A program made the translations under genes and the position numbers. A stretch of DNA of 64,000 nucleotides from Eledone cirrhosa (lineage: Eukaryota): the NCBI GenBank assembly GCA_964016885.1, contig OZ024764.1, forward strand, positions 21,762,001 through 21,826,000, in the 5' to 3' direction. Below are positions 11,105 to 22,839 of this stretch, in pieces (position 1 is the stretch's first letter; each line of letters opens with the position of its first letter). The notes under the pieces were generated by a model. That model was not told the origin of the DNA and ran no database searches. It was given only the letters and a program-made list of their open reading frames with translations.

Positions 11105-13250
11105 AAAGCCCGTCCTTATTCTAGATATTATGGCCTCACAACACCCTCCCCACTTGCTAATCTGATCACCTAGGTACCGGAAGCTGGCAACCACCTCTAT
11201 AGAACCTACCTGCATTTGAAAAATGTGTCTATCACTGCGACTTCACTGTCTAATTTCCCTGTACATCTACTGCATATGTAGTTTTCCCTACCTGTTAGTT
11301 TGCCTGCTATCCCACTACATCTCTTGTGTACCCAAGATCTGCATTGTGTACATTATAGAATTTATGCCAGTTCCTTTTCTACATATTGAACAAGGCCATT
11401 TCCCTGATGGAATGACAGTTTTGTCCTCTTTTCTACTCTTCAACACTTTTGACTTAGCTAGGTTCACTCTCAGTCCTCTTGCTTCCAACTGCTGTTGCAA
11501 TAGCCGGAATTTATTCTCTAGCTCCTCTACTGATTCTGCTATAAGAACCATATTGTCATCATAGAGAAGTTCCCATGGGCACCTAGTCTTAAACTCCTCT
11601 GTTATGACTTGGAGGACTCTAATGAAAAAGAGTGGGCTGAGGACCGAACCGTGATGTACTCCTGCATCTGTAATTGCTCACTAAACTCCATGCCTACTCT
11701 CACTTTACTGACAGCAGCTCTGTACATAGCTTGCACTGTCCTCACAAACTATTCCTCTACACCTAGTTTCCTTAGGGACCACCAGATGACAGATTGGGGT
11801 ACTCTATCAAAGGCCTTCTCTAGATCACCAAAAACTAAGTATAGTGGTTTTCTTCTCTAAGAACCTCTCTTGTAGTTGTCTCACTAAGAAGAGGGCATCT
11901 GTTTGACCCTTTCTCTAAGTTGCGCTAGTATTCTTTCTGTCACTTTCATAACCTGATCCATCAGTTTTATGCCCCTATAATTACTCCTCTCCAGAACATC
12001 CCCTTTACCTTTACCTCAATTTATGAGAATACTGCTGCACCAGTTTAATTCCTACTTCTGATACTTTCAGCATCTCAGCAACTATCCCCAACAGTCCAGC
12101 GGACCTACCATTTTTCATTTCCTTAATTGCCTCTTGGACCCTATAGTCATCATTCTCAATAGCTGGTCCCTCTGGCGGGTCTACTGAGGGTAGTTTCTTT
12201 CCCTTTCATTCTCCACATTCATCAGTCTCTCATAAAGACATTTCCAGGCCTCCTTTTTTTTGAGAATCAGTGACACTAAGTGCACCAACATCCTGATTTA
12301 CACTGACACACTGCCTTGCAATGCGGAACACTGCACATCTCTGATCTCCCCATCGCAGGACATTGGCAAACCTTCTACTCTCAGCCTCCCTGCATGTTAA
12401 GTAGACCTGACGTCTAGCTTCTCTCTTAGCAGCTGTGTATCGGTCTCTACCCCTACCATTTTTCCAAGTCTTTTGTCTCTAATGGCTCTATCTACCGTGC
12501 TGTTCCACCACCAGGTCACCCTCTGTCTGGTTGGAGCTCTGCTCCAGCCACAAGTTTCTTCAGTAACCTGCAGTAAGTTGTCACGTAAGAAATTCCAGTT
12601 ATCATCTATAGCATAGGACTCTAAATCATCTTCTTTTTCGTCATACACATCTTGAAGGGCTTCCCTAAATTTATATTTTACTGAAAGGTCTTTTAGTTTC
12701 CAAACCTTCCTTTTTCACACTTTATTGTATGTCTCACTTTGTCTCTTGCTTACTGAGATGTCACTAACGACTAACCTATGTTGGGGGGTTACATTGTTCC
12801 CTGGGGTATGCCTTAGTATTTGACACCATCTATCTGTCTTACTCCCTAACTAGCAAGAAGTAAATCTGTCTCATGTGCTCCCCTGCTATTATAACTAGAT
12901 CTCTGTCCTCTGTCATTGTGGTTATCTCTACTTATTCCTTTTCTACATATGGAGCAGGGTCACTTTCCTGAAGGGGTCAGGGTCTTCTCTCCTATCCATT
13001 ACCACTTTAGTTTTGGCTAAGTATATTCTCAGAACTTACCATTTCAAATTCTATATCTATAGCTGGTCATCTACATAGAGAAGTTTCCATAGACAGCCAG
13101 TCTTAAACCTCTCTGTTATGGCTTGGAGAACTATGATGAACAACAGTGGGCTAAGAACTAAACCATGATGAACTCCTACCTGTACCTTCAATTCCTCACT
13201 AGACACACTTTACTGACAGCTTCTCACAAGCCATTCTTCTACACTTAATT
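11105..13250 (-). mobile_element. Decayed RTE-clade LINE fragments in intron 1
   Basis: GLRVNLAKSKV..GKWPCSICRKG, TWWWNSTVDRAI, SPLLFI..LLYDD-like RT motifs with many frameshifts. Confidence 0.85.
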
Positions 13251-13257
13251 TCTTTAA

Positions 13258-13465
13258 CCCTTTAGTATATAAACTGGCCATATCTGGCCAGAATTCTCCC
13301 ACATCTTTCTGTTCAAACTGGCTGTAACTGGTCACTTATACTTATGTTAAGGTATTGTTCTCAAAATAAATAACATGAAAATCTCATAGATGTGATATTA
13401 TGTGAGATAAAGCATTTACTGTGAAAATATAATAGTAAATATAGAGTAATGTGAATACTAAAGGG
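13258..13465. mobile_element. piggyBac-like MITE
   Basis: TTAA|CCCTTTAGTA...TACTAAAGGG|TTAA; copies at 32139-32346, 48171-48378 and 61387-63270 (interrupted). Confidence 0.8.
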
Positions 13466-13467
13466 TT

Positions 13468-13610
13468 AATCTGATGTCACTAATAACTACTTTTATCAGT
13501 CAGTTTAATCTAAAGTCACTAATAACTACTTTTATCAGTGAGTTTAATCTAAAGTCACTATTAACTACTTTTATCAGTCAGTTTAATCTAATGTCGCACT
13601 AATAACTAAC
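13468..13610. repeat. 39-bp intronic minisatellite (~3.6 units)
   Basis: aatctaatgtcactaataactacttttatcagtcagttt. Confidence 0.9.
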
Positions 13611-13752
13611 CTATGTTAGGCAGCACATTCTTCACTAAGGAAGGCCTTAGTATTTATTACAGTCCATTTATCAATATAGAAATATTATATTAAATTTGTA
13701 CTGATGTATTACAAGTTTCTGAGTATCTTATAATGTTCTTTTATTATTTCAG

Positions 13753-14219
13753 AATACCAGAGGACATTGGCATTAAAGAGCACGTTACATCAGACATATC
13801 CTCAATATTAACCATTTCTAATGAAAGACACTACCCATCATTTTCAAATAATTTTGAAAACACTCAACACTTTGAAGGGATTTAGTAATATAACTAAATT
13901 TCTCAGTATTAAGCTGCTATTTGGAACATAACTTTGAAGAATTTCATGAAGTTATAATGGAAAGTTTTTAGATAAATATAAAGACTGATATGAAAAGGAT
14001 AAAACACTTTTATATCAGTTGTTTCATCAACACCATTATTTAAAGACTAAAGGAAGCTGTTATACAGAACTGATACCACCTTGTTTATATATATCTATGG
14101 GAGAAATACTGGGAAATGTTTAACATAAAGAAGAAAAATATCCATATATTGAGAGGAGAAAAATATTAAAACTGGATTATGTGAGAAACTTAGGTGATTG
14201 ATATTTTTTAGTGGGAGTT
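13753..14219 (+). other. Predicted 5'UTR portion of exon 2, gene A
   Basis: Acceptor ttcttttattatttcAG|aat at 13752, conserved in B (32787) and C (48624). Confidence 0.55.
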
Positions 14220-15737
14220 ATGTCGAAAAATATAGTAAAATCACCATTCCACTATGATATCTGTGGTAAATCATTCTCTAAAAATAATAAATTAACTAAA
14301 CACAAACTAAGTCACACAGAAGGGAAGCCATATCACTGTGATATCTGTGGTAAATTATTCTCTGAAAATACTAAATTAACTAGACACAAACCAAGTCATA
14401 CAGAAGAGAAGCCATATCACTGTGATATCTGTGGTAAATTATTCTCTGAAAATAATAAATTAACTAGACATAAACTAAGTCATACAGAAGAGAAGCCATA
14501 TCACTTTGATATCTGTGGTAAATCATTTTCTAAAAATACTAAATTAACTAGACATAAACTAAGTCATACAGTAGAGAAGCCATATCACTGTGATATATGT
14601 GGTAAATCATTCTCTAAAAATACTAAATTAACTAGACACAAATGTATTCATACAGGAGAGAAGCCGTATCACTGTGATATCTGTGGTAAATCATTCTCTG
14701 AAAATAATAAATTAACTAGACACAAATGTATTCATACAGGAGAGAAGCCGTATCACTGTGATATATGTGGTAAATCATTTTCTAAAAGTAATAAATTGAC
14801 TAAACACAAACGTAGTCACATAGGAGAGAAGCCGTGTCACTATATCTTTGGTAAATCTAAAAATAGTAACTTAGCTAGAGACAAACTAAGTCACACAGAG
14901 GAGAAACCATATCACAATGATATTTGTGGTAAATATTTCTCTCATGTGAGTACCTTAACAAATTACAAACATATTCCTGCAGGAGAGACACCATATTATT
15001 GTGATGTCTGTGGTAAATCATTCTCTAAAAATACAAAGTTAACAAGGCACAAAGAAAGACATTCAGGAGAGAAGCTATATATCTGTGATAAATCATTCTC
15101 TCATAGTAATACCTTTACTACTCACAAACGTACTCATACAGGAGAGAAGCCACACCACTGTGATATCTGTGATAAATCATTCTTTCATAGTACTACCTTA
15201 ACTAAACACCAACATATCCATACAGGGAAGAAACCATATGACTGTCATATCTGTGGTAAATCATTTTCTCAAAGTTACACCTTAACTCTTCATAAGCGTA
15301 TTCATACAGGCGAGAAGCCATATCACTGTGATATCTGTGGTAAATCATTCCCCCTTAGTACTAACCTAACTACTCACAAACGTATTCATACAGGTGAGAA
15401 GCCATATCAATGTGACATCTGTGATAAATCCTTCTGTCAAAGTGGTAACTTAACTATCCACAAACGTATTCATACAGGAGAGAAGCCACATCATTGTGAT
15501 ATCTGTGGTAAATCATTCTCTAACAGAAGCTGCTTCACTAAACATCAACGTATTCATACAGGAGTGAAGCCTTATCACTGTGATGTCTGTGATAAATCAT
15601 TCAGCCAAAGTAGTAGCTTAACTCATCACAAACGTACTCATACAGGAGAGAAGCCATATCACTGTGACATCTGTGGTAAATCATTCTCTCTTAGAGGTAA
15701 CTTAACCAAGCATGTGCGTATTCATACAGAAGTTTAG
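14220..15737 (+). CDS. C2H2 zinc-finger protein, 505 aa, 18 finger repeats (13 intact), no KRAB/SCAN/ZAD domain seen
   Basis: Open frame from ATG 14220 ([11 protein letters not shown]) with CxxC..F..L..HxxxH-TGEKP repeats; fingers 1, 4, 8, 9 and 11 lack Zn ligands. Confidence 0.9.
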   Translation: MSKNIVKSPFHYDICGKSFSKNNKLTKHKLSHTEGKPYHCDICGKLFSENTKLTRHKPSHTEEKPYHCDICGKLFSENNKLTRHKLSHTEEKPYHFDICGKSFSKNTKLTRHKLSHTVEKPYHCDICGKSFSKNTKLTRHKCIHTGEKPYHCDICGKSFSENNKLTRHKCIHTGEKPYHCDICGKSFSKSNKLTKHKRSHIGEKPCHYIFGKSKNSNLARDKLSHTEEKPYHNDICGKYFSHVSTLTNYKHIPAGETPYYCDVCGKSFSKNTKLTRHKERHSGEKLYICDKSFSHSNTFTTHKRTHTGEKPHHCDICDKSFFHSTTLTKHQHIHTGKKPYDCHICGKSFSQSYTLTLHKRIHTGEKPYHCDICGKSFPLSTNLTTHKRIHTGEKPYQCDICDKSFCQSGNLTIHKRIHTGEKPHHCDICGKSFSNRSCFTKHQRIHTGVKPYHCDVCDKSFSQSSSLTHHKRTHTGEKPYHCDICGKSFSLRGNLTKHVRIHTEV

Positions 15738-16006
15738 CTGTATCAATATCAAACTCATTACATCATACTACAACAACGACACCAAATATGTAGATCCATC
15801 ATCCTGGTTAAAACTAGGGTTAACCTTGTAGGTTTTACCTATGACAGGGATCATAAACACCAGGTTTCCATTTTTGAAGCAGTGTTTGAAGATTTTGTGT
15901 AAAGTAAAGTTTTTCACATTAAACTTTCATTTATTATACTTTAACTGGTAAGATATATATTTGTATTTTTAGTAAAGGTTGGGAACTTCTGTAATTTAAA
16001 CCTGCC

Positions 16007-16012
16007 AATAAA
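16007..16012 (+). terminator. Polyadenylation signal, gene A
   Basis: AATAAA 270 nt after the stop, followed by T/GT-rich ttttgttgttg; same in B at 34819. Confidence 0.6.
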
Positions 16013-16393
16013 ATGAAAACTTTTGTTGTTGCTAGTCAGACATTGATATTAATTCTATTGTCCTGTACATTGTCTCAAATATCACAGATTAAACAGATTT
16101 TAACAATAACAACAGAAATCAATAACTTGTAAGCCTAATATCTAGCTTCCATTTTAACTATTTGATATTGTTGTTCCCCTCCTGTCTCTTCAGGTCTTTT
16201 AGATTTCAACTTCTATCTACTGTACTATTCCATCACCAAGGCAACATTCATCTGGCTGGCAGCTTACATCAAGTACAGATCTCATCAGTGGTTCACAACA
16301 GGCTGTCTGAAAGAAACTTCCAGATATCTTCTATGTCATAGCTATCAATCTCCTCCTCCTTATCATATGTATCATGTAGAACATCTCTGAATT

Positions 16394-16805
16394 TATATTT
16401 AACAGGGAGATCTTTTACTATCTCTACCCTTTTTCTCTAGGTTGTCTTGTACCTCTCTCACAGTCCCTCTATGTCTTATATTTAACAGGGAGATCTTTTA
16501 CTGTCCTTACTCTTTTCTCTAGGTGGTGTTGTACCTCTCTCACAGTCCCTCTAGATATTATATTTAACAGGGAGATCTTTTACTGTCCCTACCCTTTTCT
16601 CTAGGTTGTCTTGTACCTCTCTCACAGTCCCTCTAGATCTTATATTTAACAGGGAGATCTTTTACTGTCCCTACCCTTTTCTTTAGGTTGTCTTGTACCT
16701 CTCTCACAGTCCCTGTAGATCTTATATTTAACAGGGAGATCTTTTACTCTCCAACCCTTCTATCTCCAGATAGTCTTGTATCTGTCAGTCCCTCTAGATC
16801 TTACA
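16394..16805. repeat. 82-bp minisatellite (~5 units)
   Basis: tatatttaacagggagatcttttactgtccctacccttttctctaggttgtcttgtacctctctcacagtccctctagatct; also 35180-35620. Confidence 0.9.
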
Positions 16806-17080
16806 CCTAGTATCTAGTCTATGTTGAGTGGAACGTCCTTCTCCAGTAAAGGAGTTAATATTCCCAACCATCTGTCTATCCTGTTTTCTGATGAGAATGA
16901 AGTCAATCTAGTTTAACTCTTCACCTGATTGAAGTAACTAGATGTTTTCCTGTAAGTTAGTGTTGCAGTGTTTGTGTCACCATGTAAGGTTTATATCTAT
17001 TAATATAGAGATGTAGTAAAGTTTTCACTGTTGTATCTCTATTTTCTAAATATCTTAATAATGTTTCTCTACTATTTCAG

Positions 17081-17525
17081 AATATCACATGACCTTGACA
17101 GAAAAGAGTCTTTTAAAGACAACAGAAAGATGTTACATACAAGTGATATAAACTGGTTTAGTCTCTGGTGAATTATGGTGAAATATTTCTTCTGAATTGA
17201 GATAAATAACAACATATTCCTTTTTCACTGTTTGGAATATTTACAAGATGATTTTACATTCTGATTAAACTTTGGATATTTGCAAAGGAGTTTTCAAAAT
17301 ATTTGGATAGTGACAAAGATGACATTTGATAAAATTATGAACAATAGAAATATTTACATCAACATAGGAATATTTTCCAGAAGAGATGGGAAAATCATTA
17401 TACCACTGTAATATTTGTGGTAAAGTATTCTCTCTTCTTTATATGTAGAATATCTAACTAAACACTTTAACTAACAAACTATTGTGCTATAGAATTGACA
17501 AACTTGAGGAATGTTTAATAAATGT
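17081..17525 (+). pseudogene. Relic ZNF exon with a half finger (MGKSLYHCNICGKVFSLLYM*, 17386-17448)
   Basis: Acceptor region and UTR homologous to exon 2 of the intact genes; YHCNICGK.FS remnant; AATAAA at 17517. Confidence 0.65.
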
Positions 17526-17576
17526 TACAGATTTCTCCAAACTGTCGTTTACTAACTTTAATTTGAAACTATATTA

Positions 17577-17977
17577 TCTATATACTACTAAAACTCTGTG
17601 ATTGTGTCTTGTCTGTAATTTAATACAGCTAAAACAGTGCACGATGGGGAAATACTTTGAAAAGAATAAAACAAGTTTTGTATAAATTGGAGCACAGGTT
17701 CCCAAGATACAGGGTTTTCTGGGTACCTTCATAAATATAGGGAGAGAAAGGGATAGTGGTTGTGAGAGTGTGGAATGAAAAGGTGTGAGAGAAGGAGATG
17801 GATGGAAAGGGGAAGAGAGAGAGAGAGCTGGTGGTGATGTTTAATAAAATGCGTGTGTATATATGTGTCTATATATATATGTCTATTTTTTAACTATTTG
17901 AAAATTATTTTTAATGAACATGATTTTAAAAAAATAGTTTTAAGGGAACGTGACCCAACAGGTCCCGGGTGGTCTAG
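17577..17977 (+). mobile_element. Non-autonomous Helitron
   Basis: A|TCTATATACTACTAAAACTC 5' end, subterminal hairpin, CTAG|T 3' end, no TSD, internal microsatellite. Confidence 0.75.
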
Positions 17978-18131
17978 TTTGTTACTAAATACTAGATATT
18001 AGAGGGTCATGTTGTTCTAGATGTGCTGGAAGAGCCATTCCATCTCGTGAGGCTCACACCAGCAGCTAGCCACCTCAGCACCTATGGTGGTATATTTATT
18101 ATATTATTTATTCTTTATCATTAACATTAAT

Positions 18132-19084
18132 CATCATCATCATCATCAACGTTTAACGTCCGTGTTCCACGCTTGCATGGGTTTGGACGGGGGTAGTCCC
18201 ACTTGAGGCAAGAGTGATTGTCTTGCTCGCATAGGACTGTCTGGCAGGTTTTCTACAGTTGGATGCCCTTCCTAACACCAACCACATTTACAGTGTGGGT
18301 CTGGGAGGTTTTTACCGTGTTGCCTACACGGCCACATTACAGCGTGGACTGTGTGTTTTTTTGTCGTGACACCTACACGATCACATTTGTTTCGGCCTCG
18401 AAGGCGCGGCACCAACATAACTTTACATAGAACGGGGTGGTGTGGATCGGGTGGGGGTGGGGGTGGTGGGACGGGGTGTATTTTGTTAGAGATGCCTACT
18501 GGCTGGAGTAGGTTTTACTATATATTTAGGTAAGGCGGGTCTTCTCTGTTACTGAGTACCGCCAAAGGTCTCGGTCCAGTGACATTGTCTTGGAGAGGTG
18601 TAAGTGTGTGATGTCGGAGTTTATCAGCTCGTCCCAGGTTTTTCTAGGTCTGCCTATTCCGTGACTACCGTCTATCTTTATTGCCCTGCACTTTGTTATA
18701 CAGCTATCGACTTTCATGCGCATCACGTGTCCATACCAACGTAGCCTTCTCTCGAGTAAACAACATCTGATCCCTCTTATCTCTAATTTTTTCCTTAGTT
18801 CGTTTATGCTTTGCCGTTCACGTATATTACTGTTACACATCCAGCGGAGCATGCAAGCTTCGTTCCTCTCTAGTCTGCGTATATCCTCTGCACACAATGC
18901 CCAGGTCTCACTGCCATGCAGCATTGCTGTTCGTATGCAGGCATCGTACAACCTGCCTTTCATTTTTAGTGAGAACCCTTTAGCAGCTAATAGTGGTATA
19001 AGCTCTCTGAACTTTTTCCAACCAGTTCTGACTCTAGCTACAGTACTTTCAGAGCACCCTCCCCCACTGCTGATTTTTTTTTTG
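18132..19084 (-). mobile_element. 5'-truncated RTE LINE, private to unit B
   Basis: ORF KGRLYDACIRTAMLHGSETW..RLRWYGHVMRM..GRPRKTW; (CAT)n tail; TSD attaat; empty site in A, C and D. Confidence 0.9.
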
Positions 19085-19299
19085 ATTAATATAAAAGATA
19101 ATTATATATTTTTAGAGAAGAACCTCTAATTTCATGTGGCATGGGTTAGACGAGTTATCCTGTTGTAAGCAAAGCCAGGTCAGGTGATAAATTGTTGCTC
19201 CTACAGAACAAATTTTGGTTTGGTTTCTACAGCTGGATGACCTTCCTACAACCAACCTTATTTACATTGAGTACTGGGTGCATTTTACCATCTCACCAT

Positions 19300-20180
19300 C
19301 AGGATCACTTTACAGGGTGGGCTGGGTGCTTTTTGTTGTGACACATACATGACCAGTTTACAGTGTGGGCTGGGGGCTTTTTGTTGTGACACCTACATGA
19401 CCACTTTACAGTGTGGACTGGGTACATTTTGTTGTGACACCTACACGACCCCTTTAAAGTTTCAGCTGGGTACTTTTTGTTGTCACCTACATGACCACTT
19501 TGCAGTATGGACTGGGTGCTTTTCGTCGTAACATCTACATGACCGCTTTGCAGTGTGGGCTGGTTTCTTTTTGTCATATCACCTACATGACCACCTCATA
19601 ATGTTGACTGTGTGTTCTTTGCAGTGTGGGCTGGTTTCTTTTTGTCATATCACCTACATGACCACCTCATAATGTTGACTGTGTGTTCTTTGCAGTGTGG
19701 GCTGGTTTCTTTTTGTCATATCACCTACATGACCACCTCATAATGTTGACTGTGTGTTCTTTGCAGTGTGGGCTGGTTTCTTTTTGTCATATCACCTACA
19801 TGACCACCTCATAATGTTGACTGTGTGTTCTTTGCAGTGTGGGCTGGTTTCTTTTTGTCATATCACCTACATGACCACCTCATAATGTTGACTGTGTGTT
19901 CTTTGCAGTGTGGGCTGGTTTCTTTTTGTCATATCACCTACATGACCACCTCATAATGTTGACTGTGTGTTCTTTACAGTGTGGGCTGGTTTCTTTTTGT
20001 CATATCACCTACATGACCACCTTATAATGTTGACTGTGTGTTCTTTGCAGTGTGGGCTGGTTTCTTTTTGTCATATCACCCACATGACCACCTTATAATG
20101 TTGGCTGTGTGTTCTCTACAGTGTGGGTTGGGTGCTTTTTGTCATATCTCCTACCCAACCACTTTGCAGTGTGGGCAGTG
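19300..20180. repeat. 48-bp then 71-bp minisatellite (~9 near-identical 71-mers)
   Basis: Period 71 at 19551, 19622, 19693 ... 20119. Confidence 0.9.
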
Positions 20181-20244
20181 AAATATCAGTAATGCACCAG
20201 CTCCAATATTCAGTAATCAGAAGAAGGGAGGTAGGCATAAAAGC

Positions 20245-20720
20245 CAAACTTGCTGTCTTCAATTAGGTTTTTGTGCCAACCCTTACCAATGGTCACATAT
20301 CTTGGGTAATGACCAAAATAATATGATTGGGAATACAAATGGCAGATATGGGATTCCTCTGAAGGGTCTTTGAAGGAACTTTTCTCAATAAAGTGCATAG
20401 CTCTGAGATCAGAGAGTCACTCCAGGTGGAGCTGTTACTTCTCCGAATTGAGAGATCACAGCTGCAATACTATGGCCATGTGGTTAGAATGTCTGAGGAA
20501 AGAATCACTGGATAGATTTTACAGGCAAAACTAACCGGCAGGAGACCCAGGGGTAGACCTGAGCAAGATGGTCACATAACATCCATGAGCTTGGCTGGTC
20601 TCTCTGGGAGATCCAGCCAGACCAGTTGGAGTGGATTGCTTCTGACAGGACCTGTTGGAAGGATTGTTTGAGGACTCTGCCCCCAAGACCCTCTCTGGAA
20701 TAAGTGGGTTAATAAGAAGA
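20245..20720 (+). mobile_element. Rex3/Expander-like RTE fragment (unit B copy)
   Basis: Paralog of 2690-3170. Confidence 0.75.
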
Positions 20721-21026
20721 GGTTGAGGTTACATAATCAACATCAGATTTCCCTGCTAGCAAGGGTTTAATGAGCCTACTTCAACCAAGTAAGTACTGAA
20801 GTGAGGCTACTGATCTCCCAGACAGACCAAGGATCTGAGACTTATTTACATAAGGTCTCATTAGCTACTGAGTGCACAGAAAAGGTTGTCATGTCTTTGT
20901 CATGATTGAAGGGTTCTCCAACACTATTGTCAGGCAAGCTTTCTATGGCTAGATGTCCTTCACATGACCAACCACATTACAGCCGGTGTTGGGTGTGTTT
21001 ATCATGTAGGTGAGACATAACAAACT

Positions 21027-22839
21027 GAGGGTTCCCCAAGGGCCACATAGGTCACATGTGTTGTCTGAGGGTTGCACACTACAACTAATTATGTACACGA
21101 CAACTAATTAAAGTCATTTAATAAAATATATTGCAGAAAGATTTGTTGACACTTCTTTCTGTTGACAATGTTTGGTATGTCTGGCTGAAATGTCTGTACA
21201 GTTCCAACTTTGATCAGAAATGACAAGTGTTGATCTGTCAGCCTTGTTCTCCGAGAAGTTTTTGTTAAGCTAAGTACAGACTCAGTATTGGCAGTGATTT
21301 TCAGCTCTTTGCACATAAGAAAATGAATTAAATTTTCATCTGACAACGGAGACTTCCATAAGCTAAGTTTTCTAATGAAGAACTTGATGTCATCATACAA
21401 CTGAGTGATGGGTTTGTTTTTACCTTGTAATTTCAAATTAAGATCAGTTAATTGTGCAGTAATATCCACAAGAAAAGCCAGATGTTGGAGCCAACTTTCA
21501 TCTTTTATCTCATCTGTGTTTTGACCTTTCATCTCCAAAAACATAATTATTTCAACAAATAGAATCTTTTCAACACTTTGTGACATGTCAACCAGCAGAC
21601 TTCTGTGTAGAATGGAACATCGGTGAACTGATTATCCATATCTTCCAACAACTGGCTGAACTGACAGTGGGTGAGAGCATGGCCTCTGATTTAGTTCAAT
21701 GTCTTTGTGACCAAGCTAAGCACATGATGCAATTTTAAAATCTATGAACATAAATTTTGCTGATGAATAATGCTGTGAAAATGTGCAAGTGATGAATCTA
21801 GATATGAGGTTTATATTTTTGTTTGTAACTTGGCAGCAACACCATTATGTCTACCAACCATATTTGCAGCACTGTCAGTAGATAAACATGCAAGTTTACT
21901 CGGATCAAAACCATGCAGAACCTGCTTGACCTTCTCAAAGATGTCCTGGCTTGTTATAGTGTCATGCATGGGGACCAGTTCAATCAGTTCTTCATAAATA
22001 TTAAATTCACAGTCACAGGCCCTGATGAAGAATGCAAGCTGTACTATTCCAGTGATGTCAACAGTCTCTTCAATAGCAATAGAAACATGTTCAAACCTTG
22101 ATGATACAGCCTTTAACTGTTGTTTCAGATCACCTGACATTTCATTAATCTGTTCAGCAACAGTGTTCCTGGTTAATGAAATGTCTTTGAATAACTCTGC
22201 TTTCTCTGGACAATTTCAGCTGTTTTTACAAGACATTGCTTTACAAAATCTCCTTCACTGTAAGATTTCCCATTCATGGCAATCATTCGATTGAGTTCAT
22301 AGCTTGCAGTAACGGAAGTGACATTCTCTTCCTGAGTTAACATAAAACAGGTCTATTGCTGTGTCAAGTTAGACTTCAATTCCTTGAGTCTTGAAACACA
22401 CATTGGGCCTTCATATTTATCGTAAGATTGAGGGTTTGTTTCATAATGTCTTTTTAAATTGTACTCTTTTGGTGTGGCGATGTAGTTGTTGCAAATGAAA
22501 CAGTGTATCTTTCTGTTCACCATTGGGCAAAAATACTGTAATTCCCACTTTTCTTGAAACACTTGCCCTTCTTCGTTCACTTTCCTTTTTCTCTTAGCTG
22601 GAGGAGCACTAACCATTTCAAAAACAAAAACTTTTGAAATTTTGAAAGAAAGTTTTCTGTTAATGAGCTGCACGTGATTAATGGAAGTTAAAAGTAGTTG
22701 ACAAAAATTGCACAAAAAAAACAATTGTATCGAAAAATTTTTAAATTTTATATTACGAAAATGAAACATGCTCGCACTGTAAAAACCTTTGTGTGGGCTG
22801 TAGGTTTGCTTGCAAAGGGCCGCATGTTTGACAGGTCTG
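21027..22839 (-). mobile_element. Decayed hAT transposon (unit B copy, internally deleted)
   Basis: Paralog of 3474-5826 with deletions at ~21147 and ~21268. Confidence 0.85.

Larger units (their letters stand above)
1402..17977 (+). repeat. Tandem segmental duplication unit A
   Basis: Collinear and near-identical with 17978-37160, 37161-50206 and 50207-64000; boundary placed arbitrarily at the Helitron end. Confidence 0.85.

Noticed and set aside
14211-14219. GTG start given by the ORF track for both ZNF genes
   Set aside because: Eukaryotic gene; the in-frame ATG three codons downstream is the likely start
17577-17977. Helitron rolling-circle replication as the driver of unit amplification
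   Set aside because: One Helitron per unit is expected from passive co-duplication; true breakpoints cannot be placed at its ends from this window
19540-20160. Regular repeat arrays as possible CRISPR
   Set aside because: Head-to-tail units without unique spacers, no cas genes, eukaryotic context
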